Shown in pieces: positions 12,168-23,889 of a DNA stretch of 64,000 bases (position 1 is the stretch's first letter; the number at the start of each line of letters is the position of its first letter). The position numbers and the translations under genes are program-made. This stretch comes from Octopus bimaculoides. Lineage: Eukaryota. The stretch is taken from contig NC_068981.1 of NCBI RefSeq assembly GCF_001194135.2, positions 71,242,434 through 71,306,433 of the forward strand, in the 5' to 3' direction. Below the pieces are notes generated by a model. That model did no database searches. It was not told the DNA's origin and was given only the letters and a program-made list of their open reading frames with translations.

Positions 12168-14294
12168 AATGCAAACAAGATCGAAAACATCCATATATTC
12201 CCCTTTTTCTTTTTTAGAGTCACGACATTTGCCGCTAGGTTTTCCCATTCTTTCTCCAAATAAGAGTGAAATTTGCATTATGATTTTTGACAATCACTAC
12301 ATCACCATTGTGTTGTTTGGTTAAGCGCTGGCCAAAGAAGATCCATGTTTTTTTTTTATTATTATTCAAAATCCAATATTTCTGAGTCTAAATCTATTAA
12401 CTCTTAAGTAAAAAAAAATCTTAACCATATGGAACCAATAAAATAAGCAATTTAGTGTGCTAGAATCAAAGTCATAAAAACACTATACTTTAAAATTTAT
12501 CAATGAATTGGATACTTCTGATTATTTCATTTTTGAATATAATTTCAAGTTGTGAGGAATAACCGAGTCAATAGGATGATGACCTAACAGCCAAATGGGT
12601 CAATGTTCGTGTTACATAAGTGTTGTCCTGTCTTTATTATCGGCACTTTTAAGAACCCACGCTCCATTGCTATGGGGCAGAAAGAGGCTATATGCATAAC
12701 TTTAGAATAATATTACTTTCAAAAATGCCCAGTTTGAATTATTTTGGAATATTACAAAAAATAGCCTGACTGAGGAATTGTTATATTTGAACAGTACAAT
12801 CTATTTTCTTTGCTAATTTAATGTTTATTATACGTGTTGAAAGCTGTTATTGTTTTTCCACTTTTTCTATGGAGACATAAGAGCATAATCTGTTTAAGTG
12901 AAGAGAAATAGTTGCAATTGTGTTTCCTTGAATCGTCGTTATTGTTATAGTTATACTTCTTTTACACTTGTAGCAGCTGTACGCCCAGAATATTTCATAT
13001 GACAATGAAGACAAGATGGTCTGGCAGATTGTAAGATGCATATGAAATGCCCACTTCTGTTTTCATAACCACTCATCAGTAAATAATATATCTTATGTGT
13101 ACTTCATCATTTCAAAGAGATATAAGGACTTAATGGTTCTCAGTGCTTTATCAAGAATTCAAAATAATGTCAACATAATATATTCTGTGTTTCTAAGAAA
13201 CATATTTGTTTGGATTAAGAAGTTGCTTTGTGTAGCTCTGGGAGAATGAAGAGCTACAGATAATTATTTAATTTTCTTTTATGTCATATTTTTATAAATT
13301 TTCTGTTAATTTTCTAGTTGAAACAACTGCTCGAAATAGTAACCTCTTAACTAGTAATCTCTTATCTAATTCTACGGTGATCAACTTCTGTATTGTTATA
13401 TTTCAATGAAAATCCGTGCGGTTTTCCATTTTCTCTTTTTTTTTTTTCTGTTTTCACTTCCTAATTTTATTATTCCTTACATGTTATGCAATATATCAAG
13501 GTATTACATTACGTGAAGCATTCTCTGTCTTACTTTTATTCTTTAGTAGGTTTCAGTCTTAAAGAATTTCCTTTAATTATTAAAAGTGAACAATAAATTA
13601 ATTGATAGAAAACAATAACTTCAACTACCTTTATCAAATAGGAAGAAAAGGAAGGGATATCATTATAATATTATAGTTGCTTTTGCTGCTGTTATTGTAG
13701 TGGTCGTGGGAGGAGAAGCAAAAGGAGGAAGAGGAAGCAAATGAGGATGGGATGAATGAGACCTGAGGAAAAGAAGAGTATCTGTTGCTATAATTTTTTT
13801 AATCTTTATAATAAAATGTAATTGGAACTCTTGCATGTAATTGAATTTAGGCTTCTTATCTTTTTTAATTTATGCTCTAATTATACAGCTATTTAATGCA
13901 ATTTCACTGCATACATGAAAATTAAAAGAATAATATCTCTATTTTTATTCAGACAAATTACGTGAGCTGAAAAATCACGTTTTATTTAATAGTATTAATT
14001 GCTTAGTTTTTGTTCATTTGAGTGTTCTTGGTTTTTTTTATTTTGCTTTGTTTTGTTTTTTCCTTATCTGTCCGATATGTGTGAATGTTAAAGAAAAGAC
14101 GCATTAACTGAATTGAAATATATTGGCAGTTTCACGGTATCTATGCAAAGACGGTGTTCTGGTTTTCTTTACGAAAGGTACTGGGCTTTTGCAGTTCAGG
14201 GGACGTAACCTTCATGCAATTTGCTTTCTTTGTATATTACTATTGGGTACTTTAATTTATATTTGAGTGTATATTTACACACACACACACTCAC

Positions 14295-14353
<59 letters not shown>

Positions 14354-14634
14354 GTGATCTTATAACCTGAAAAGGCGAGCTGAATTTAACCCTTAGGCGC
14401 CAGTAAGAGCCACTGAAGAGCATTAATGTAAATGCAAAATCACTGGTGATCTGGTTATGTCCGATGCTCAGGGAGCTTGCCTCCCTTGTCAGTCATTAAA
14501 ATAGTGCTATGAGTTGTTTTGAATCTTCTTTCTAGCAATACCGGTGCTGAGTTGTGTTTGTTTGCTTCAATTACATATATTTGCCTTTCAGTTGAAGAAT
14601 TGCTAATAAGCAACACTTATATATATATATATAT

Positions 14635-14960
14635 TCGAACTTTTTTCGAACAAAGAAAAATCAAACAGAGAAACGAGACATGCAACATAAAGAGTATACC
14701 CCTCCGTCAGTTGTCCCTGTTCCATCTACTCCGCGTTTCGAAGACAAGGACCTCTTTGACCCTCTCGTCGCTGACACGTGACGAAAGGGGATCTCTCTTT
14801 CTGTCCACTGCCTTCCTATAGAAAAGACGTGTTTTTTTCTGTCTCTTCTCTCATGCACGTCTAACTAGCGTTCATAATAATTTTTCTATCATCTTGCGTT
14901 AACAGCCTTCACCGTTTGTTTTTACTGTCTTGTTCTGTTCGTGTTAACACTTTCACCCTC
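14635..14960. mobile_element. Repeat family F fragment (unclassified, possibly a Penelope-like terminal repeat)
   Basis: 14640-14745 is the reverse complement of ~19600-19710. 14905-14960 matches 19488-19550 in the same orientation. Confidence 0.6.
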
Positions 14961-15479
14961 CGCAAAAAATTCCATTACTCGCCATTACTCCTGCTCTTAC
15001 AACCACTAAAACTAATACTACCAATTTACTGCTACTAATACTGTTGCTACTATAGTTGTTACTATTGCTGCAATGACTACCAGTGCTTTCAAAACTACCA
15101 TTACTACTGCTGCTGCTGCTGTTGTCGCTGTTGCCGCTGCTGCAAGTATTACTGTTGTCGTTGTTGTTACTGCTACTACTAACCGGTCAGAGTGGTTTCT
15201 TTTGTTTTGTTTCTGTTTAATTTCTTCTTCTCTTGTTCTTCATAACGTAATCCTTTTCAACCGAGCGTAGAAGCTTTCATCTGATTTGGTTGTTGTCTCA
15301 CCATACCATGTGATTTTACTCCAACTTCCGGACCTTGGGTTCCTTTAATAGCAACCACTCTGTTGCAAGTATCCAAACCTGGACATTGGATTGGGTATTT
15401 CCTTGACCTATTCACTCACTGTTACCCACTATCCTTTCCCATGAAGTGGAAAGTTTAGTCCTATTTCCGCTTCTCCAAC

Positions 15480-16110
15480 ATCCGATGTCCTTTCTCCAGC
15501 AGGGATTCGCACGTCACCTCTTACTCTTACTTGAACCACATAACGTACTTCTCTCTGAAACGCAAATTTTTCAACCCTTCTCCACAAGCTGTCTTCGCTG
15601 GCCAGGGTACAACATCTATTCAAACTTCTCTCCTAAATATGATGTCAGCACATCCGTACACCCCACTCTCTCACCTTTCAGTGTAATAACGACTTTCAGC
15701 TTTTCTAGCTCAAATTCATTCTCCCCATTCTCCCAAATACGTTTGCTCCCTCTTTTATTTTCCTAATTCTCTAAGCCATCAGAAATTCTTTAAATACATC
15801 TCCTTCCGTGTTGAGAATATATATCTCATCTCTCTTTTGTCTGAAGTCATTGTCCTTGCTAACTTCATTACTCATAACTCGTAGCTCTCACACTCATCTC
15901 ATCCTCATTCTGCCGATGTGGGGTCCGAAACTTTTGCTACTGTTAGCTCGTTATACCAACTTATTTCAACCGCTACTCGCATTCCAGATCGTAATACAAA
16001 CACCACAAACACCCTTGATGTTTATTTTCTCTCTTCTAAATCTAACAGCCACAAAACCATAACTGTCTCTGACCCTGGTGAGTCATCTCAACACACAACT
16101 ACTTACTACA
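15480..16110 (+). pseudogene. LINE APE-endonuclease relic (Jockey/CR1-type group)
   Basis: HLLLLLEPHNVLLSETQI...WPGYNIYSNFSPK; GSETFA...QLISTATRIPDRNTNTTNTLDVYFLS...TITVSDPGESSQH (PT-R-PD...LD-x-F...SDH-like motifs). Confidence 0.65.
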
Positions 16111-16504
16111 CAACATCACGATCCCCTTGGACCCATAGCATTCCAAGTAACCAATTGATCAGAGCTCCGCCAGTTGTAAGCCACACGACTCTAGTAGCAA
16201 ATGCTCTTTACTCCTAATTCATCTGAAAGAGCTCAATAGGTGACTCGAGTCGTACTTTCATATCCCCCACTCTACAAAAACCTAATGTCTCAAGTTCAAC
16301 AAGCTTTTTGCTCCTAATTTTGCTGCAGTTGTTCGGGCAACAAGCAATTTATTATGTTCAATATAGTGATTAGAGAGAAAATTAACAAAGTGCGATACTC
16401 GGAATGGCAGGTTCATCTTACTTGAATCTATGTCTCAGGTTGATAAATCAGGATTTGGTTTTGGGCCTAATCTACAGGTTTTCCAATATCAAACTGATTT
16501 CACA

Positions 16505-16690
16505 TAGGTGATAAAATGATAGAATAGTTAGAACCCGGACGAAATGGCTCAAGGCACTCGTTTCGGCTTTTTACATTTTTGAGTTGAAATCCAGGCTTCG
16601 TGAAGTTTGCCTTTCATCCTTCCAGGGATCTCAAATACAAAGATCGATACAACTGACTGTTTCATATTCCCAAAATTCTGCCTAGGTGTG
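16505..16690 (+). mobile_element. Diverged SINE family B-like copy
   Basis: ggtgataaaatgatagaatagttagaacccggacgaaatg...gagttgaaatcc...tttgcctttcatcc aligns loosely to the family B head. Confidence 0.55.
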
Positions 16691-17312
16691 TATATTAGGA
16701 AATATAATTATTATTATATAGTTTGTTGTTGTTGCCACTGTTACTGGTTTTATTTTAGTAAAGNNNNNNNNNNNNNNNNNNNNNNNNNNNNNNNNNNNNN
16801 NNNNNNNNNNNNNNNNNNNNNNNNNNNNNNNNNNNNNNNNNNNNNNNNNNNNNNNNNNNNNNNNNNNNNNNNNNNNNNNNNNNNNNNNNNNNNNNNNNNN
16901 NNNNNNNNNNNNNNNNNNNNNNNNNNNNNNNNNNNNNNNNNNNNNNNNNNNNNNNNNNNNNNNNNNNNNNNNNNNNNNNNNNNNNNNNNNNNNNNNNNNN
17001 NNNNNNNNNNNNNNNNNNNNNNNNNNNNNNNNNNNNNNNNNNNNNNNNNNNNNNNNNNNNNNNNNNNNNNNNNNNNNNNNNNNNNNNNNNNNNNNNNNNN
17101 NNNNNNNNNNNNNNNNNNNNNNCATATTAACTGTTTCATTTTTTTCCGTTTTCCATTATCTCTCAGATTTTGTGTTTATAAGTAGCTGTTCTGTAATATG
17201 TATTTATAATATGACTTTTGTGCTTACATAAGGATATATTTCATATCTCTAGATGCTAATGTGCGTCTCTCTCTCTTTCTCTCTCTTTCTCTCTCTCTCT
17301 CTCTCTCGCTCT

Positions 17313-17365
<53 letters not shown>

Positions 17366-17530
17366 GAGAGAATATGGAAGTTTAGTCCACTGGTGATCTA
17401 AACGAATAGGTACGCTGGGTAGGTGCTGTAACGGATTTTCAGGGTTCCAAGCTCGTAATTGAGACGGGAGCTGTCCATCCATTTCAAGTTCCCTATTTAG
17501 CAGATATATATTTGTGAAAGAGGACATATA

Positions 17531-17991
17531 TATAATACAAAATGGGACAAGAACGCAAAAAAACCAGAAGTTAGGTGATACATGAAAGGGACAACAAGAC
17601 ATCCAGATGGACGATGCAAAGAAAACAAGGACAGGTCATTCGGAGTTTTCCTTCCTCAGTCGAGATCCAGATTATCTTTGCACTTTATTTTTATTGGATT
17701 TGTGTAACATTGTATGTTTTTTCCGTCCTTGTTTTTGTATATTTTCGCTGCTTTCTTCCAAGGAATCTAATGCTCATAGCTTAGTTTTTCCTTGGGGCTG
17801 GCCAGATTGGAGCAATATCGAGAATAACCAGCCGAAATTGCAAAGATAATCTGGATCTCGATTGAGGAAAGAAAACTCCGAATGACCCGTCCTTGTTTTC
17901 TTTGTATCATCTATCTGGATGTTTTGTTGTCCCTTTCTTGTATCACCTAACTGTCTGGATGTTTTGCGTTCTTGTCCCATTTTGTATTATA
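17531..17991. mobile_element. Foldback of repeat family E: short inverted terminal copy plus longer copy, TA-rich at both ends
   Basis: 17531-17682 is the reverse complement (about 90%) of 17839-17991, with a 156-bp spacer. Family E recurs at 42426-42598 and 43963-44300. Confidence 0.85.
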
Positions 17992-18369
17992 TATATATAT
18001 ATATATATATATAGCGGCGTACGTACACTTTGTCTCTTATATATNNNNNNNNNNNNNNNNNNNNNNNNNNNNNNNNNNNNNNNNNNNNNNNNNNNNNNNN
18101 NNNNNNNNNNNNNNNNNNNNNNNNNNNNNNNNNNNNNNNNNNNNNNNNNNNNNNNNNNNNNNNNNNNNNNNNNNNNNNNNNNNNNNNNNNNNNNNNNNNN
18201 NNNNNNNNNNNNNNNNNNNNNNNNNNNNNNNNNNNNNNNNNNNNNNNNNNNNNNNNNNNNNNNNNNNNNNNNNNNNNNNNNNNNNNNNNNNNNNNNNNNN
18301 NNNNNNNNNNNNNNNNNNNNNNNNNNNNNNNNNNNNNNNNNNNNNNNNNNNNNNNNNNNNNNNNNNNNN

Positions 18370-18815
18370 AGTAACCGGGGGCCCTGCCTATCTGTCTTAT
18401 CTAAGTCTATCGTACACGTCACAAGTTTGTGATCCGTGTAGCTGACTATGTGAAATTGTGGACACCCTATGCTATCTTTATCTACTCTCCTACACAATAC
18501 TCTATCTAGATACGATCTCGACGACCCGATGCGGTTACTCCATGTCCACATTGACGCATTTGGGTGGTTGAGTCGGTACTTGTCAGACAGTTGAAAGCGT
18601 CTGAGCAGGTCTCTGAAGCATTTGCATCCCCGTCTATTCCTATCTCTGCCCACGTAGTCTAGATGCGTGTCCAAGGTAACATTCTAATCTCCCACTAAAA
18701 GTAAAGGACGAGACGTTCCTAGGAATACTTCTAGACGTCGAAAGAAATACGGCTGACCTGTTAAAGGCGGTGCATAGACTGATAGGAGTCGAAAAACATA
18801 CCCATTGCTGCCGTC
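18370..18815 (-). pseudogene. Tx1/L1-clade APE endonuclease relic
   Basis: VFRLLSVYAPP...FFRRLEVFLGTSRPLLLVGD*NVTLDTHLDYVG...WTWSN...SYLDRVL...YTDHKLV. GDWN, LDR and SDH motifs typical of Tx1-like ORF2. Cut off by an N-gap. Confidence 0.82.
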
Positions 18816-18817
18816 AG

Positions 18818-18863
<46 letters not shown>

Positions 18864-18864
18864 T

Positions 18865-18920
<56 letters not shown>
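18815..18920. repeat. (GATA)n microsatellite
   Basis: Directly visible. Confidence 0.97.
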
Positions 18921-19273
18921 CAATTGCCGCGTGGAAGGTGTTTATAAGCAATTTAAGAAACACACAAAAACCGTTAGATTCACTTCAACATTTAAATTTA
19001 ATTTGCCAAAATATTTTCGTCATCTTGAGACCGCGACCTCTTCACTGACAAATTTCCATGCAGCACAGGTCGCGGTCTCAAAATTCCGTGCAGCAAAGGT
19101 CGCTGTCTCAAAGCGACGAAAATATTTTAGCAAATTAAATCTAAATGTTGAAGTGAATTTAACGTTTTATGTGTGTTTCTTAATTGGTTTATAAACACCT
19201 TCCACGCTGCAATTGTTTTCGTTCCAGCACACGATCTCAGATCAGGTCACTTGCTATGCAAGTACATCTCCGT
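18921..19273. mobile_element. Foldback element with ~110-bp inverted arms and an asymmetric hairpin-bearing tail
   Basis: caattgccgcgtggaaggtgtttataa... at 18921 pairs with ...ttataaacaccttccacgctgcaattg ending 19215. Inner IR ttgagaccgcgacct/aggtcgcggtctcaa. Tail hairpin acttgc-tat-gcaagt at 19249-19263. GATA repeats on both flanks. Confidence 0.85.
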
Positions 19274-19347
19274 GATAGATAGATAAAACTTACTTGGAAA
19301 AAGTTGCGTGGCGTTCGATCATATACTAATATAAATAATATATAAAT

Positions 19348-19829
19348 ATATGCATATATACATACATATATGAACATACCTACATATATATGTATATATA
19401 CATGCATATATGGGTACAGGACGTCAAAAACAAAAAAAAACGTAGACAGAATGAGAAACGAGAACATAAAAAACAAAAACATAGCTCTCACCGTTTGTTT
19501 TTACTGTTTTGTTCTCACTGTCCTGTTTTTGTTACCACTTTTCACCCAAATTTTATTTAATTTGCTTTGCTTTTAACGAAGTCGCGTCCTGTCCATACCT
19601 TCGAAATGCGGAGTAGATAAAACAGGGGACAACTGATGAAGGGAATTTCTTTATGTTGCATTCTCGCTTCTCAGTTTATCTGTGTTTTTTCGTTGTTCGA
19701 AAAAAGTTTTCTATGCTTTTTGTTTTTTATGTTCTCGTTTCTCATTCTGTCTACGTTTTTTTATGTCCTGTACTCATATACGCAGGTATATATACATATA
19801 TATGTAGGCATGTATGTTTATATGCATAT
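19348..19829. mobile_element. Foldback of repeat family F
   Basis: 19348-19484 is the reverse complement of 19711-19829 (core gtacaggac...cgtagacagaatgagaaacgagaacataaaaaacaaaaa), with a ~225-bp spacer. Confidence 0.8.
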
Positions 19830-19839
19830 TACTTATTAA

Positions 19840-19873
<34 letters not shown>

Positions 19874-20161
19874 TATATACTGCCAATTAAAATATTTGAG
19901 CTATTGAAAATATAACTATACTGGAAATGGCATTATACGTGCAGATATTAAAATAAACATCCGTATGATTCTCCAGAATTTAAGATCTCAAAATTTCACA
20001 TGTTCATACTCCACCATCAATGGAAAGAGAACTTACTATCATACATATAAAATTTATTCAATGAGAATAAATATAATTGAAGTACTGTTGTTAGCTGGTT
20101 TATTTCTTAAGAAGCAGAGTGTTTGATATTTATCACCTTCATTGAGGAGTTAACTATTACT

Positions 20162-20575
20162 GTTTTACTGTTTTACTTGTTTCAGTCATTTGGCTGCGGC
20201 CATGCTGGAGCACCGCCTTTTTAGTCGAGCAAATCGACCCCAGGACTTATTCTTTGTAAGCCTTGTACTTATTCTATCGGTCTCTTTTGCCGAACCGCTA
20301 AGTGACTGGGACTTAAACACTGCAGCATCGGTTGTCAAGCGATGTAGGGGTGGGGTGGGCAAACACAGACACACAAACATATATATATATATATATATAC
20401 ATACACATATATACGACGGGCTTCTTTCAGTTTCCGTCTACCAATACCACTCACAAGGCTTTGGTCGGCCTGAGGCTATAGTAGAAGACACTTGCCCAAG
20501 GTGCCACGCAGTGGGACTGAACCCGGAATCATGTGGTTCGTAAGCAAGCTACTTACCACACAGCTACTCCTGCGC
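20162..20575 (-). mobile_element. SINE family A, full length
   Basis: Reverse complement of 52174-52598, including the internal TA/TG microsatellite. Confidence 0.92.
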
Positions 20576-20644
20576 TTATGGAAGTAAATCATATAATATA
20601 TACTATGTAACAGTGCGGATGTTATGTATGTGCATGCGCACGTG

Positions 20645-20714
<70 letters not shown>

Positions 20715-21051
20715 NNNNNNNNNNNNNNNNNNNNNNNNNNNNNNNNNNNNNNNNNNNNNNNNNNNNNNNNNNNNNNNNNNNNNNNNNNNNNNNNNNNNNN
20801 NNNNNNNNNNNNNNNNNNNNNNNNNNNNNNNNNNNNNNNNNNNNNNNNNNNNNNNNNNNNNNNNNNNNNNNNNNNNNNNNNNNNNNNNNNNNNNNNNNNN
20901 NNNNNNNNNNNNNNNNNNNNNNNNNNNNNNNNNNNNNNNNNNNNNNNNNNNNNNNNNNNNNNNNNNNNNNNNNNNNNNNNNNNNNNNNNNNNNNNNNNNN
21001 NNNNNNNNNNNNNNNNNNNNNNNNNNNNNNNNNNNNNNNNNNNNNNNNNNN

Positions 21052-21373
21052 CCTGCTCGTGAAATTAACGTGCAAGTGGCTGAGCACTCTATAGACACGT
21101 GTACCCTTAACGTAGTTCTCGGGGATATTCAGCGTGACACAGTGTGACACGGCTGACCCTTTGAATTACAGGCACAACAGAAACAAGAAGAAAGAGTGAG
21201 AGAAAGTTGTGGTGAAAGAGTACAGCAGGGTTCGCCACCATACCTTGCCGGAGCCTTGTGGAGCTTCAGGTGTTTTCGCTCAATAAACACTCACAACGCC
21301 CGGTCTGGGAATCGAAACCGCGATCCTATGACCGCGAGTCTGCTGCCCTAACCACTGGGCCATTGCGCCTCCA
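21052..21373 (-). mobile_element. SINE family C, 3' end lost in an N-gap
   Basis: Reverse complement of 1071-1443. A-box tggcccagtgg and B-box ggtttcgattcc on the - strand. Confidence 0.88.
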
Positions 21374-23889
21374 TGGTATATGCAGTAAAGCGGTGAATAA
21401 AAGTACTCTCCAATATTTAGTTACGTCTCTTTATGTTATAATATCTCTTTATGTTATAATATCAAATTTTGGTTGTGTTGAAATTAATTTTCATCCTTCA
21501 GGTTAAAGTTTTCATCCTTCAATAAAATAAGTACCTTTGAAGTACGTGGACAGTCTAAAAAAACAAAACTGCAGGTTCTTCCCCAAATGTTTATAAATAC
21601 CTGTCATTTTTCATGAGTGGTGAGAAGGGGATTCCGAAAGCGTTATTAAAGATTTTCTCTGCACCAAAGTGTCATCTTTATTTCCCTTTATGTACGTTTG
21701 CATGTAATCTGAAATATTTAGTAGTACTATTTTCTATATGTTGTATATGTATACAAGTCCTAAAAGTTTGTTTTGTTATTCAGATAATTCCTCTCATATT
21801 GTTAGATTAATATTGCTATCGTTTAATATGTTCATAAAAAGGTAATGTTCTCGTGATGGTTTTAAAGAACATTGCATGGGCCATTTGTCTACATGACCTG
21901 ACAATTCACACAGTGTGATTATTTCGTCACTTTCCGCAACCTTTCTCTAATATGTGCTTCAATCACTTCCTTCCTGTTGATATAATTCTAGATTAGCTGC
22001 CACTAAGTTTAAACTCTGCTCGATTTTGCTGAGATTGGGCTACTAGAGACAATGACAGAATGCTTTTTACAGTTCACATGTATACAGTTTCTTTTAATAC
22101 TCAGTTTCATTATATGAGTTAATACTTTGTGAGTCACTATAAGAAAAATTCTTCAGTATCAGTTTTAGTTCTGGAATTTCCACCCCCTGTTGATATTTCT
22201 TTTTCAAATCTTTCTCAATTTCACGAGAAACGACCATACTTGTGAATGTGCCTGTCAATATATTTCTATATTTTGTACTCGTTTCTTTTTAGATGATGCT
22301 TTCAAACGTTCTTGTCTGTTATCTCAGAAACTGATTTATGTATGTTGACCCACGTAGAGATGGTAAATGGTTTTCTGGTCATTGCCTGTAACAACCAGTT
22401 GTAGTTTCCCCTTATACATTACTAAATATTTTACCGGTACAGTGAATATTTTTTAATAATTGTTTTAGAGAAGGCCTCTGCCTTTTTATTCCCATGATAA
22501 TTACAATTTGTCTGTATCAGCATTTCGGTGGTACCTGTTAATATTTTCTGTTTTTCTATATAGTATGGTTTATTTACTTAACTTTCAGTCGAAAAGGTCA
22601 TTGCAGGAGCTTACATAATCTATTAAGAACTCTAGGGAAATATTTTTAATATTCAGATCGGCTTTTTGTTATATTTCTACTGCTTATAAATAAAGTATAT
22701 ATATATATATATAAGGATAAGCATATTAAAAGGGGTTCGTGGGAAACTCATTTAAAGTAAAGGGTTGGAAACCACTATGAAAAGGTTGGTAATCACTGGC
22801 TTTGTGTATTGGAAGCCATACGCAGAAATTTATTAACTGATTAAAACTTCCCTATCAGTGAAAGAAAAATTTTGCAGCAATTATTGGCGGCTCCATTTCT
22901 CTCCAAGAGAGAATTTTCAATTAATTAAGAATGTTTCAGCGTTCAGCATTCGGCCCTGGATTGAAATACAGTGGACTCCGCTGAAGGATCTCAAGGTGAC
23001 AAGAGGTGGTTTCAAATCGAGTGATGGATTAAATGTACCACTTAAGTGTCAGAATTAATCCATCTGGTTATCGATGGAATTGAACTCAGCAGGCTGAGAG
23101 AAATATCGTAAGGCATCCGGTCTGATGTTCTTACAGATTCGCCAATTCATTCTTGGCCTCAGAAGTAAAGCAGACAAGTTCATGTTATTCATCTAAGTTA
23201 TTTCCCATGATTCATTTTATTTTTAACTATACCAATTATTCTTGTAAAAAAATATTCCTAACTCTTTTAGTGTTTATAAAACCTCTCTACTGATTAGCCG
23301 ACTGGTTTAAAATGTGCTATGCTGATGAAATTTAATAAATGAAAATATTCCCATCGTTGTTCTGTACCTGCAAAAAGTAAGTTTGTCCGTTTGCTAAGCA
23401 TATAAATTAACTTGAGAAATAATTTCGTTGAAAATTTTACTAAGAGGAAACATTCAGTTATTTATAAATATTTTACCTTCGGCATTATGATTCAACTTAA
23501 TTATTTAATTATTTACAGCTGCTACAAAATAATGTCAAATATTTTAGCCAGCAGTATTGCACTTTATTATTTATTAGTGCCTTTTGGTTATATTATCTGG
23601 TTACTTGATTAGTTCTTGAGTTCTTTTCTGGTATTGCAATCGTTGTTTTCTCAATTTTGCCAATAGAAATTTATCAGTTAGCACTTAGCCTACACAACAG
23701 CCTCCTGCTCACCCAGTTTACGCTACATTTATTGCCATTTTGATTTTACCTAATACTTGATTAAAATGTTTTGGGATAGAGACAAGCTATTTGTTCTATT
23801 TCTAAAGAACCTGCCACTTTTCATAACTTTTTTTGTAATCTAATGAAGATGACATTGACATTCTCGTTTTCTTTTTGTTTCATTTGTTA

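Noticed and set aside
17860-17895. Hammerhead in family E (tgaggaaagaaaactccgaatgacccgtc)
   Set aside because: The core is incomplete (no CUGANGA before the stem, GAAU instead of GAAA) and there is no stem I.
17531-18815. Family E as the 3'UTR of the adjacent Tx1 relic
   Set aside because: They are separated by a gap, and the longer E copy at 44 kb shows no Tx1 ORF end upstream.
19590-19645. Type II hammerhead in family F (cgaaatgcggagta...ctgatgaaggg; also 14700-14745 on -)
   Set aside because: Both core words are present but stem I cannot pair and stem II is out of register.
22293-22340. + strand exon candidate DAFKRSCLLSQKLIY
   Set aside because: Good acceptor, but the available donor is phase 0, which cannot join the phase-1 exon at 63730; other frames stop.
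22725-22800. hAT-type MITE end (aaaggttggtaatcactg)
   Set aside because: Only one terminus is recognisable; no matching TIR or 8-bp TSD.
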